DNA from: Thermoproteus tenax Kra 1
GTDB taxonomy: Archaea; Thermoproteota; Thermoprotei; Thermoproteales; Thermoproteaceae
Direction: 5' to 3'
DNA: 32,000 nt
NCBI RefSeq assembly: GCF_000253055.1
Contig: NC_016070.1
Location: forward strand, 1,200,001 to 1,232,000
Shown here: one piece after another, positions 9,776-17,866 of the stretch
Position numbering within the stretch: position 1 is the first letter of the stretch
How the letters are laid out: every line of letters begins with the position of its first letter
Translations under genes and position numbers: made by a program
The notes under the pieces: model-generated
The model's database searches: none
What the model was told of the DNA's origin: nothing
What the model saw: the letters and a program-made list of their open reading frames with translations, nothing else

Positions 9776-10081
9776 CTAGACCTCGGCCAGCTCGTTGGGC
9801 GGGATGAACCTTCTGTACCACCTCTGGAACTGCTGGGGGGTCGCCACGTGCACCTCCACCGGCGCTTCCGTTCTTCTGTAGACCTCCGTCATGATGTCGT
9901 ATTTCCTCTCGACGGCGTTGGTCACGACGAGGATGTCTATGTCGCTGGTTGCGGTGTAGTCGCCTCTGACGGCCGACCCGAAGACGTACACCCTCGCCTC
10001 TGGGTCGTACCTCCTGGCCACCTCCTTCACCAGCTCCGCCACTGCCCTGTAGTTTCTTAGGTAGCTTAGGGGATCCCCCAC
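9776..10081 (-). CDS. MNT-family nucleotidyltransferase domain protein
   Basis: VYVFGSAVRGDYTATSDIDILVVT matches GSxxRGxxxxxSDIDL. GTG start at 10081 with TATA (ATTTTTAAGCC) about 25 nt upstream. Confidence 0.9.
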   Translation of the reverse strand: MGDPLSYLRNYRAVAELVKEVARRYDPEARVYVFGSAVRGDYTATSDIDILVVTNAVERKYDIMTEVYRRTEAPVEVHVATPQQFQRWYRRFIPPNELAEV

Positions 10082-10400
10082 GGCTGTGCCGGAGGTCCGG
10101 CTTAAAAATGTGGCGCGTAGAGCTCAACGCCACCGGCGGCTGTCGAGGCGGGAAGAGGGCGTGGGCGCCTAGGGTAGCTTCATCATTTTTGGCGTAGGCC
10201 GAACATTCTTGCGTATATTCGGTACTGAGGGGCGGCATCTCGTGAGATACCCTAGTGGGTCTGTCCCTTGGGGGCCGCGCGCCGTTGCCCCACGCTCTGT
10301 GGACCAACGCCCGAGGCAGTTGTGCCGGCGAAGGGGAAGGCTCAGGCGCCGCTTCGGCGGTGAGCGACGGCGGGCGCCTAGGGGCTGGCGGTTGGCCTGG

Positions 10401-10784
10401 TCAGCCTTCGACGTATTTCCTAAACACCTCTTCTACAAACCTCGCCAGGTCCTTGACCTCAGCCTCTTCGTATACTATGGGCAAGTATCGGGAGGCGATG
10501 TAGGCCTCCTCGAGCCTTGCTATGTAGTGTAGGTAGGCGATGTTGTTTACAAGCTCCAGCACTTGGGGCTCCACCTCGCCGAGCTCTCTGATGAGCCTCC
10601 TCAGCGAGTGTGTCCTTGGGTAGCCGCCCTTCTTCAGCAGGAGCTTGTACTTGAGGATGAGCTGGCAGTACTGCTCTAGGCTGAAGGCGGCTAGGTCGTA
10701 TTCGCCCTCTCTAAGTAGCCTCTGGGCGTTTTTCAAAAAGGCGTGGGCCCTCCTTCTGAGGAGCTCCGCCTCTTCGAGAGACAT
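10401..10784 (-). CDS. HEPN domain protein
   Basis: RRAHAFLKNAQRLLREGEYDLAAFSLEQYCQLILKYKLL...TRTHSL-like region and C-terminal YIASRYLP, typical of HEPN. Confidence 0.88.
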   Translation of the reverse strand: MSLEEAELLRRRAHAFLKNAQRLLREGEYDLAAFSLEQYCQLILKYKLLLKKGGYPRTHSLRRLIRELGEVEPQVLELVNNIAYLHYIARLEEAYIASRYLPIVYEEAEVKDLARFVEEVFRKYVEG

Positions 10785-10891
10785 ATGGGAATAGTTTATA
10801 GATGTAAAAAAGCCTCATCGATGGGAGTGGCCGCCTCGGGCTTTCGGCTATATAAGAGGGCCTTGGGCTGTGGACTGCCGCGCGCGTACGG

Positions 10892-11551
10892 CTAGGCCCG
10901 CCCCGCCTTCACGAGCTCCATCAAGAGGCGCTGTATCTCAAGCAGTGTCTTCTGCACGTCGTCTATACGGGCGCTCAGGGCGTCCATCCTCTCGGTCAGC
11001 TCGGTAGTAACGGCGTCGATCCGTTTGTTCATATCGTCGATCCTCTTGTTGGTCTCGTCGATCCTCTGGCTCAGATTCGCAACCACAGCATCGATCCTCT
11101 TGTTCGTCTCCTCTATCTTCGCGCCCAAATCGGCCGCGACTGCGTCTATCCTCTTGTTTGTCTCGTCGATCTTCGCGCTCAGGCTCACAGTTACGGCATC
11201 TATGCGCTTGTTGGTCTCATCGATCCGTTTGTTCATATCGTCGATCCTCTGGCCTAGGCTCACGGTCACTGCGTCTATACGCTTGTTCGTATCATCCATC
11301 CTCTTGGCCAACTCTACGGCGACGGAGTCTATGCGTTTGTTTGTGTCGTCTATCCTCTTGTTCGTCTCCTCCATCCTCTGCTCCAGCCTCGCTATCTCCC
11401 CCCTTATCCCTCCCAGCTCGTTCACGATGGTGCCGAGGTACAATAGAAAGATGTCCTCCGTGGAGAGCTTCTTGCCCTCTCTGAGCTTCCCCACGACTCT
11501 GTCCACGGCCACTCTGAGGGCCTCCTGCGCGATAGGCGCTATGGAGTCCAC
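10892..11551 (-). CDS. Coiled-coil repeat protein, 219 aa (start proposed at GTG 11551, not 11734)
   Basis: Repeats of (E/D)TNKRIDAV...L..(K/R)I(D/E). A minus-strand TATA-like element (TTTATATT) lies about 25 nt upstream of GTG 11551 (VDSIAPIAQEALRVAVDRVVGKL). Confidence 0.8.
   Translation of the reverse strand: MDSIAPIAQEALRVAVDRVVGKLREGKKLSTEDIFLLYLGTIVNELGGIRGEIARLEQRMEETNKRIDDTNKRIDSVAVELAKRMDDTNKRIDAVTVSLGQRIDDMNKRIDETNKRIDAVTVSLSAKIDETNKRIDAVAADLGAKIEETNKRIDAVVANLSQRIDETNKRIDDMNKRIDAVTTELTERMDALSARIDDVQKTLLEIQRLLMELVKAGRA
10955..11377 (-). repeat. Degenerate tandem repeat in the coiled-coil CDS (18-aa/54-nt units mixed with 7-aa/21-nt units)
   Basis: Direct reading: ETNKRIDAVTVSLSAKID / ETNKRIDAVAADLGAKIE / ETNKRIDAVVANLSQRID / ETNKRIDDMNKRIDAV. 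Confidence 0.9.
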
Positions 11552-11763
11552 GTCAAGCCCCCCTCTCCGGAATATAAAGATGACGCTGCAGAGTATTGCA
11601 CGAGGTTCCTCCAACGGCGATTCTTCCCATCCGCCTCTCTTCACCTCAGTTGAGGCAAGATATTCGGAATAATAGCCAGAGTCCGCCGCGCGTGGACGCC
11701 TCGGCGTTGACCGAGAAGTCGCCTCGACGCTCAATATTTAAAAGGTCTCTCCAACTCAAGCCC

Positions 11764-12051
11764 ATGCACAGAGATAAGGCTGTCGGCGCTGCGCTCGTGG
11801 CCTTGGGCGTCGTGGGCATCTTGTTGTACGGATGGCTCGTCTTCCTCTCGCCGTGGTCCCTAGCGGTGTTGCGGGCCACCGCCTTCGTGGCCGTGGCGGC
11901 GGTCTTGGGCATTCTGGCCTGGGTGGGATACGCCTTGGCCACAACGCCGCCTCCCAAGCCTATAGAGGAGATCGAGAAGGAGGTCCAGAAGGCTCTGGAG
12001 GAGATCGAGCGGCAGATGCAGTCGTCCTCAACTCAAGCTAGCTCTCCATAA
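11764..12051 (+). CDS. Small membrane protein (start trimmed from 11596 to 11764)
   Basis: MHRDKAVGAALVALGVVGILLYGWLVFLSPW..., two TM helices plus acidic C-terminal helix. TATA-like ATATTTAAAAG about 28 nt upstream of ATG. Confidence 0.75.
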   Translation: MHRDKAVGAALVALGVVGILLYGWLVFLSPWSLAVLRATAFVAVAAVLGILAWVGYALATTPPPKPIEEIEKEVQKALEEIERQMQSSSTQASSP

Positions 12052-13162
12052 TCCTCATCAGCTTTTCAGCCTGCCTCAGGCCGTCGAATCTCCTCAATGC
12101 AACCTCTCTATTCTTCGCCCCCAGCTCCTCGGCGTCGGCCTCGAGGGAACGCTCCAAGGCCTCAGCTAGCGCGGCGGGATCGCCGCGGGGGACTAAAAAG
12201 GTCCCGGGGGCGCCCTCCAACACCTCCGGCAGTCCGCCCGCCTTGGACGCAACGACGAGCCTCCCTCTGACGAGGCCCTCCAGAGCCACGTAGGAGAAGG
12301 GCTCCTCCCATATCGAGGGCACTGCCACAGCCCATATCTTGAGGTAGAGCGAGTCGAGCTCCTCCGGGCTCAAGCTCCCGTAGACGCGCACTCCGCGCAG
12401 CGGATCTCTGAGCCCTTCGGCGCGCGTCATATGTAGCTCCCCGTCGAGCCCCAACCGGCGCCAGGCCTCCAACAACACTCTGTATCCCTTGAGGGGGTTC
12501 AGCCCTCCGAAATATCCGATCCCCCTTCCGGCGGGAGGAGAGTACGAGAGCCGCGGCGCCGGGTTGTAGAGGACGTAGGACTTGGGCAGGTCCCTTGCGT
12601 GGGCAACGAGGAGCCTCCGCTGGGCCTCCGATACGAAGACGGCCGCATCGGCGCTCCTCAACGCGCGCACGAAGAGCGGCGCGGCGGGGACGTTCGCCGC
12701 CTGTGAGGCGAGGGCTCTGAGGATCGATCTGCCGAGCGCCCTCTCGGTGTGCCATATACAGCTCCAACAACGCCTCTCCTCAGCTCTGCAGACTGAGCCG
12801 GCGCCCCAGTTGTACAACGTGCCCATGGGGCACGCCGGCTCGTAGCTGTGTAGGTGCACCACGGCCTTTCTGCCCACCCTCTTGGCCAAGGGGATGAGCT
12901 CCCAATACGCCGAGGCGAAATAGGCCACGTCGGCCCACTCCAGGGCCCTCCTGGCGGCGAGCGGCGGCACGTGGAACTTCCTCGTGCCCGCCCCTCCAAG
13001 CTCCACCACCTCAAGGCCCCTCGGCGGAGGGCCGCCCCTCCTCACAAACACTCTAACTTGCGCCCCCAGCTCTCTGAGGCCCACTGCGTAGAGGTATGTG
13101 GCCAGCTCTCCGCCGCCCTCTCCCCACGGCCATAGAGCCTCGGCGAATACGGCCACCTTCAC
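12038..13162 (-). CDS. Glycosyltransferase family 4 (start trimmed from 13294 to GTG 13162)
   Basis: VKVAVFAEALWPWGEGGGELATYLYAVGLRELGAQVRVF and VPSIWEEPFSYVALEGLVRGRLVVASKAGGLPEVL. Starts within a 4-nt overlap of the upstream ORF. Confidence 0.92.
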   Translation of the reverse strand: MKVAVFAEALWPWGEGGGELATYLYAVGLRELGAQVRVFVRRGGPPPRGLEVVELGGAGTRKFHVPPLAARRALEWADVAYFASAYWELIPLAKRVGRKAVVHLHSYEPACPMGTLYNWGAGSVCRAEERRCWSCIWHTERALGRSILRALASQAANVPAAPLFVRALRSADAAVFVSEAQRRLLVAHARDLPKSYVLYNPAPRLSYSPPAGRGIGYFGGLNPLKGYRVLLEAWRRLGLDGELHMTRAEGLRDPLRGVRVYGSLSPEELDSLYLKIWAVAVPSIWEEPFSYVALEGLVRGRLVVASKAGGLPEVLEGAPGTFLVPRGDPAALAEALERSLEADAEELGAKNREVALRRFDGLRQAEKLMRIMES

Positions 13163-13638
13163 GACTTGTACAGGCCAGTGCCGTTTATGCTCATAATCAG
13201 AACCCCCGGCGGAGGGCCAACCTCTAGAATACACGGCAAGTACCACTGGCCGGAGTAGGGAGGCGTATACACGTAGTACTCGGAGCGAGTCCATCTACAC
13301 GCCGTTATGTTCACCGCGATGTCGGGCCTGTAGGTCTTGGCCAAGGGGAGGAGCCACGTGTCTAGCTCCCACATGACCTCCACGCGCGAGCCCGGCGGGA
13401 GAGCGCGCAGTATCTCCATATACGCTTGATACTTCGCAGGCGTTATTCTGTCCACTGGCGCAAAGAGCCCGCTCAAATGGCCGGTCGCCCATGCCCAGTC
13501 CGCCAGAGCTGGACCCGCCAAGAGGAGGGCTTGTGCGCTTATCTCCAAATACGGTCTGCCTTGAAAACAAACTGAGTCTGCGACCGCTCCGGCCCTATAG
13601 TCCGCCGCGCGGCCCGCCGTGTGTTTGAAATAGGACAT
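13159..13638 (-). CDS. Hypothetical protein, possibly a fragment of a larger gene; exact start uncertain
   Basis: Open frame translationally coupled to the GT gene (4-nt overlap). Contains YLEISAQALLLAGPALADWAWATGHLSGLFAPVDRITPAKYQAYMEILRALPP. No recognised family. Confidence 0.5.
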   Translation of the reverse strand: MSYFKHTAGRAADYRAGAVADSVCFQGRPYLEISAQALLLAGPALADWAWATGHLSGLFAPVDRITPAKYQAYMEILRALPPGSRVEVMWELDTWLLPLAKTYRPDIAVNITACRWTRSEYYVYTPPYSGQWYLPCILEVGPPPGVLIMSINGTGLYKS

Positions 13639-13682
13639 TTAGCGTATTGTCCCAACGCCTCCACTGAGCCCATTAAGGTGAG

Positions 13683-13773
13683 TAGCCCGGCCGGGATTCG
13701 AACCCGGGCCACGGGGTCCAGAGCCCCGCATCCATGGCCGGGCTGGGTCCTTTGGCCGCTAGACGACCGGGCT
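13683..13773 (-). tRNA. tRNA-Gln(CTG) with a 17-nt intron near position 25/26
   Basis: Acceptor AGCCCGG/CCGGGCT, D stem GTCT/GGAC, anticodon stem CGGGG/CCCCG with loop CTCTGGA, T arm CCGGG-TTCGAAT-CCCGG, discriminator A. Extra CCAGCCCGGCCATGGAT between D stem and anticodon stem. TATA-like CTTTTTAAAG upstream. Confidence 0.95.
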
Positions 13774-13895
13774 CGCACCACTTCTCACACCCGCTTTAAA
13801 AGTTTTTCTCGGCGCATCTCTCGCGACGTCCTCGTATGAAACGCCAAACGTCGGGCTTCATCCCCTAAGGAGCGCCGTCGCTTTGTTCGTATGCG

Positions 13896-14282
13896 TCAGA
13901 GTTTAAACGCGCTCCTCCCCGGTGCCCCATGGACTCGAAGGTGTTGATCGCGGGATTGGCAATACTGATAATAGCGATCGACGTAGTGATCGCTCCCACC
14001 AACAAACCTCAGCAGACGTCTGCGGCCGGCCAACAACACTAATTCGTCGAGGCCCGCTGCATATGCGCCCACGACGACTTTATCGGCTCTTTCGCTCCAA
14101 CGCGTCGCGGCCCTCTTCCTGGTGGGGACCGCCACGACCAAGCTATTGTGGTCCCAAAGCACCTCTACGTCGGAGACATCGCCGTATCTGGCCAGAGAGA
14201 CCTTGGGTAGATACAGAGCGTACGACCCCCTTATTCTGATAAGGCGCCTTCTCACTGTGTTCACCGCCAGGTTGGGCCTCAA
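13896..14282 (-). pseudogene. Probable truncated AbrB-like/PhoU-type regulator remnant
   Basis: N-terminus VNTVRRRLIRIRGSYALYLPKVSLARYGDVSDVEVLWDHNSLVVAVP resembles a swapped-hairpin AbrB domain. The C-terminus becomes low-quality and overlaps a plausible plus-strand small gene. Confidence 0.4.
13929..14042 (+). CDS. Tiny predicted membrane protein, 37 aa
   Basis: MDSKVLIAGLAILIIAIDVVIAPTNKPQQTSAAGQQH, one TM helix. TATA-like GTTTAAAC about 23 nt upstream, consistent with a leaderless mRNA. Confidence 0.4.
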   Translation: MDSKVLIAGLAILIIAIDVVIAPTNKPQQTSAAGQQH

Positions 14283-14702
14283 GATTAATCGAGCTTTATT
14301 ATGATTAAGTCGCCTCTCTCAAATAGAGCGTCCGCATGAGTTGGGGCTAAGGCCAGATGTTCTGACCTCACGCGCATACGTCATCTCTGTCATTATTAGC
14401 GTCTCAGCGGTGCAGGCCAAAGGCTCAAATACGGCGGGTATGCCTGAGGCAGTCAAGCTGTCTATGGAGGCGCGGGCGGAAAGGAAGCACCCAGGCGTGA
14501 GCCGTTGACGATTACCGGCTATAGGCGCCCAGGTACAAACGGGGTCCGATCGGAGCACAACGGAGTTCTCCGTTTCAGTATTACGGGGAAAGCTGTCCCA
14601 CAGCGATGGCGTTGGAGCCTGTATTTCACGCAGGTGGCCGGATGGGGCTATGTCTGACCAGCGCTACGTAAATTTTATCATTTGGAGACGATAGGTGAGG
14701 TC

Positions 14703-14936
14703 GTGATAGCCGTTTTGGGGGCCAACGCGAGGGGGTTACCCGGAATCCGGGAGATCAAAAGCCTCGACGAGCTGGCCAGCTGGGAGCTTCTAGTGGTGGT
14801 AGGAGACAGAGACCTCGCCGAGAGGGTGGGCGCCGCCTTCTTCACTCGGGAGGAGTGGAATCGTTTCCTGGAAGTATACGCGGCCGAATTGACGAAGGAG
14901 AGCAGTAGACGCATCGATCAACCGCCGGCTCCCTAG
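14703..14936 (+). CDS. Small hypothetical protein, start proposed at GTG 14703
   Basis: VIAVLGANARGLPGIREIKSLDELASWELLVVVGDRDLAERVGAAFF... with AT-rich AAATTTTATC element about 25-30 nt upstream. Confidence 0.5.
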   Translation: MIAVLGANARGLPGIREIKSLDELASWELLVVVGDRDLAERVGAAFFTREEWNRFLEVYAAELTKESSRRIDQPPAP

Positions 14937-15015
14937 GATAGTCCCCTCAACAGCGCGGAGCCCTTGAGTATTCGGGGGACTGTCCGCAGATGTTCCCAGG
15001 AAGAGCCATAAAAAG

Positions 15016-15120
15016 CGCCGCCGCCGGGATTTGAACCCGGGACCTACGGGTTAACAGCCTCGACCCGCCGCGGCCGGCGCCGCGGCTGACCGCCGCTATA
15101 CCGGGCTTAGCTACGGCGGC
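15016..15120 (-). tRNA. tRNA-Asn(GTT) with a 31-nt intron inside the anticodon stem (about position 30/31)
   Basis: Acceptor GCCGCCG/CGGCGGC, D stem GCTA/TAGC, loop CTGTTAA, T arm CCGGG-TTCAAAT-CCCGG, discriminator G. The 3' anticodon strand CCCGT pairs with GCGG+G only if TCAGCCGCGGCGCCGGCCGCGGCGGGTCGAG is removed. Confidence 0.93.
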
Positions 15121-15166
15121 TCTCCCCCAGATGAGGCGGGCACTTTATAAGTTTAGCCCCCCTATG

Positions 15167-16102
15167 TTATACGCGGCCTCCTCGGGAACCTGCCATCGAG
15201 GGGCGGGCTGCCGCTCTGCCCGCTCTGAGGATCTCCCTCAACATACTTCCAACGCCGATGACGCCGACGACGGTCAACACCAAGATAGTGCCTATGTTTA
15301 TCGAGTCTAGATTGGGCACTGGGTTGCCGGTGGCAATAGCCCAGCTGTCTATCTCGGGCAACGCCACTACGGCCAGGCCGGCAACTGCGAAGACAAGCCC
15401 GCCGTAGTAGAGGGTACGGCCGGCGACACGTCTGGCAATCCTAGTGATCTCCTCCTCGCTCAGCCTCTTTAACCTCATAAGGCTCCCGAACAGGGCCCCG
15501 AATATAATCTGCATCGCCATAGTGCCCAGCCCGAAGAAGAGGCCGGGGAGCGGGGCATACAACAACGAGCCGACGCGGGGCGCTAGCGCGAACGTCAACA
15601 CGCTCGCGTAGGCCCCGAAGCCGAAGCCGGCCACAAGGCCGTGCACCACAGTCATACCCAGAGGGACGTCCCTCTCCTCTAGCTCGTGCATCGGCACTCC
15701 GCCCACTCTGTCGCTGTGGTGCCTCCAGCCTCCAAATAGGACGTCTATCGGCAAATGGATGTAGCGGCCCTTGAGGACGTAGGCGCCTGCCACAGCCATG
15801 ACCAGCCCCACTACAATGTAGACTGGGCCGTCGAGATTGTACTGTTGATAGAAGCTCGCCAAGCCCAAAAAGCCCAACGTAGTCAAGAGGGCCCGCTGCG
15901 CAGTGAACCCAAGTGAGAATAGAAATCCGGCCTTCATGCCTCCCCTAGTGCTGTATTTGCCCACGGCGTAGCTGAAGGTTATCGGCCACGTGTGTTCGTC
16001 GGGAGTGGCTCCGTGGAGCACGCCGAGGAGGAAGGAAAAGACAAGTATCTCGCCGAGAGTAAGGCTGGAGGGCGGATTCAGCAGCTCCTGGAGCGTTATC
16101 AT
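15167..16102 (-). CDS. UreH/NiCoT-like multi-pass transporter (possible Ni/Co permease)
   Basis: FSFLLGVLHGATPDEHTWPITFSYAVG near the N-terminus and HGLVAGFGFGAYASVLTF internally. Confidence 0.75.
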   Translation of the reverse strand: MITLQELLNPPSSLTLGEILVFSFLLGVLHGATPDEHTWPITFSYAVGKYSTRGGMKAGFLFSLGFTAQRALLTTLGFLGLASFYQQYNLDGPVYIVVGLVMAVAGAYVLKGRYIHLPIDVLFGGWRHHSDRVGGVPMHELEERDVPLGMTVVHGLVAGFGFGAYASVLTFALAPRVGSLLYAPLPGLFFGLGTMAMQIIFGALFGSLMRLKRLSEEEITRIARRVAGRTLYYGGLVFAVAGLAVVALPEIDSWAIATGNPVPNLDSINIGTILVLTVVGVIGVGSMLREILRAGRAAARPSMAGSRGGRV

Positions 16103-16322
16103 GAGTTTTACACCGTTTTCTATTTATAAACTTATGCACAGCGTCTCCGTTGATCCTTGGTAATTTTAAGAGCTCCGTGCACAGAGAAGTGGGCGAGGAT
16201 GCAGCCGGAGCGCGCTCAAGATCGAGAGAAGCGAGCCGTAGGGAACCGGAGTCGGCCTCACGGCAGGCCCCCGCGGCCCCCTCAGCCGACCGATCCTGCC
16301 GGAGAAAAGACGGCTCAAGCTT

Positions 16323-17866
16323 TTATGTTTTTCCGTAGCCTCCCCCGCCCGGCGTCTCCACGACGACTTCGTCGCCCTCTTCCAGCTTGATCGACTCAGA
16401 TTTAACTCTGACGACCTCGCCGTTCCTCCTCCTCACGACCACCTCCGCAGGTTTGCCGCGCCCTCCCCCCTCCAGCCCCCATGGACCTATTTCGAATCTG
16501 CTCGCTATTATAGACAAAGTGGCAGGCGCCAAGAGCTTGAAGGATCTGACTATCCCGTCTCCGCCCGGGTATCTCCCGGCGCCTCCGCTGTTTTCCCTTA
16601 TTTTGTACGCAGTGAACTTGAGCGGATACTCCCTCTCCGCTATCTCTATCGGCGTGTTCAAAGTGTTTGTCATATTCACGTGACGCCGAACACGCCCGGG
16701 CCGTTGGGCCTGCCGCCGCTTCCTCCGCCGACGGTCTCGTAGTACGACCAATAACGGTGGCCCCTCCATATACCCCCCATCATTATGTTCATCATAGTGC
16801 CGGAGCCCGCGGCCGGAACTCTGCCCGGCAGAGCCTTCGAGAGGGCCAACAACGTAGTGTCGGCGATCCTCTGGCTGGTCTCCAAGTTCCCGGCCCCGAC
16901 GGCGGCCGGCTTGATTGGGTTCACCAGAGAGCCGTCGGGCGCTTTCACTTGGATGGAGCTATAGAACCCGTAGTTCGTGGGAATCTCGGCTCCCAGGACC
17001 GACCTAACCGCGAAGGAGACCGCCGAGAACGTGACGCCGAAGACGGCGTTGATCGGCGCATCCCTCTGGCGCGCTGTGCCCTCGAAGTCCGCCGTCACTC
17101 CGCCTTCGCCTATGGAGAGCACCACCCTTATCGGCAAGAGCTCGCCGTCCCAGTCAAGATAGTCCACCGCCTCGAACGCTCCGCGGGGCCAGTCCGCCAT
17201 CTCTCTCAACGTGATTCTCTTGCCGTATTCGATCGCCTCACTCCACATCTCCTCCACTCCGCCATAGCGCTCGAAGAGGTCTCTCACTCTGGCGGCCCCG
17301 ACCCTCGACGCCGCCAGTTGGGCCTCCAGATCTCCCCGGGCCACCTCCGGAGTCTTGAAGTTCTCCAGCATGAAGGAGAGGGCCTCTCTGTTCAGTGAGC
17401 CTCTCCTCAAGATCTTAAGGGGAGGTATAACAACGCCCTCTTCGTACAAGGTCTTAGCCCTGGGGTTCAACGACGCCGGTAGAGGGCCTCCCACGTCCAC
17501 ATAGTGGGCCTTCGAGGCTATGTAGGCCACGAGCTTCCCGCGCCAGTGGACAGGATAGAGCACCATCACGTCGTTGAGGTGGGTGCCAGCGATGTACGGA
17601 TCATTGGTCAATACGGCGTCTCCCTCCTCGAGCTCTACCCCTTCCCTCTCGAGAGTCCTCAACAGATTGGCCACTCCGACGTGGAATGAGCCGAGGTGCA
17701 CAGGTATGTGTTCGGCTTGGGCCACTATCCTTCCCTCCGGGTCTACCACGGCCACGCTGTGGTCCATACGTTCTCTTATATTGGGCGAGAAGGCGGAGTT
17801 CCTCAAGGCTATTCCGGCCTCCTCCGCTATATACTCAGTGGCCCGATATACGATCTCCCACCTCAT
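16323..17866 (-). CDS. hyuB: Hydantoinase B / N-methylhydantoinase beta-type subunit, frameshifted near 16680
   Basis: ORF 16676..17908 (true start 17866) gives [40 protein letters not shown]...[16 protein letters not shown]. It continues in another frame (16323..16769) as [43 protein letters not shown]. Confidence 0.93.

Noticed and set aside
9768-10307. 179-aa minus-strand ORF overlapping the MNT gene
   Set aside because: The out-of-frame 306-nt ORF (9776..10081) contains the clear nucleotidyltransferase motif and has a correctly spaced TATA; the 179-aa frame is spurious.
10082-10400. Minus-strand ATGATGA in the HEPN/MNT gap as a C/D-box sRNA
   Set aside because: No CTGA D box follows within a plausible distance.
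10955-11377. Tandem DNA repeats as a CRISPR array
   Set aside because: Repeats are contiguous, in frame and encode a coiled coil; there are no unique spacers of constant length. No other CRISPR-like arrays were seen in the window.
11596-11763. 56-aa N-terminal extension of the plus-strand membrane protein
   Set aside because: It overlaps antisense sequence and includes the promoter-like ATATTTAAAAG; ATG 11764 is preferred.
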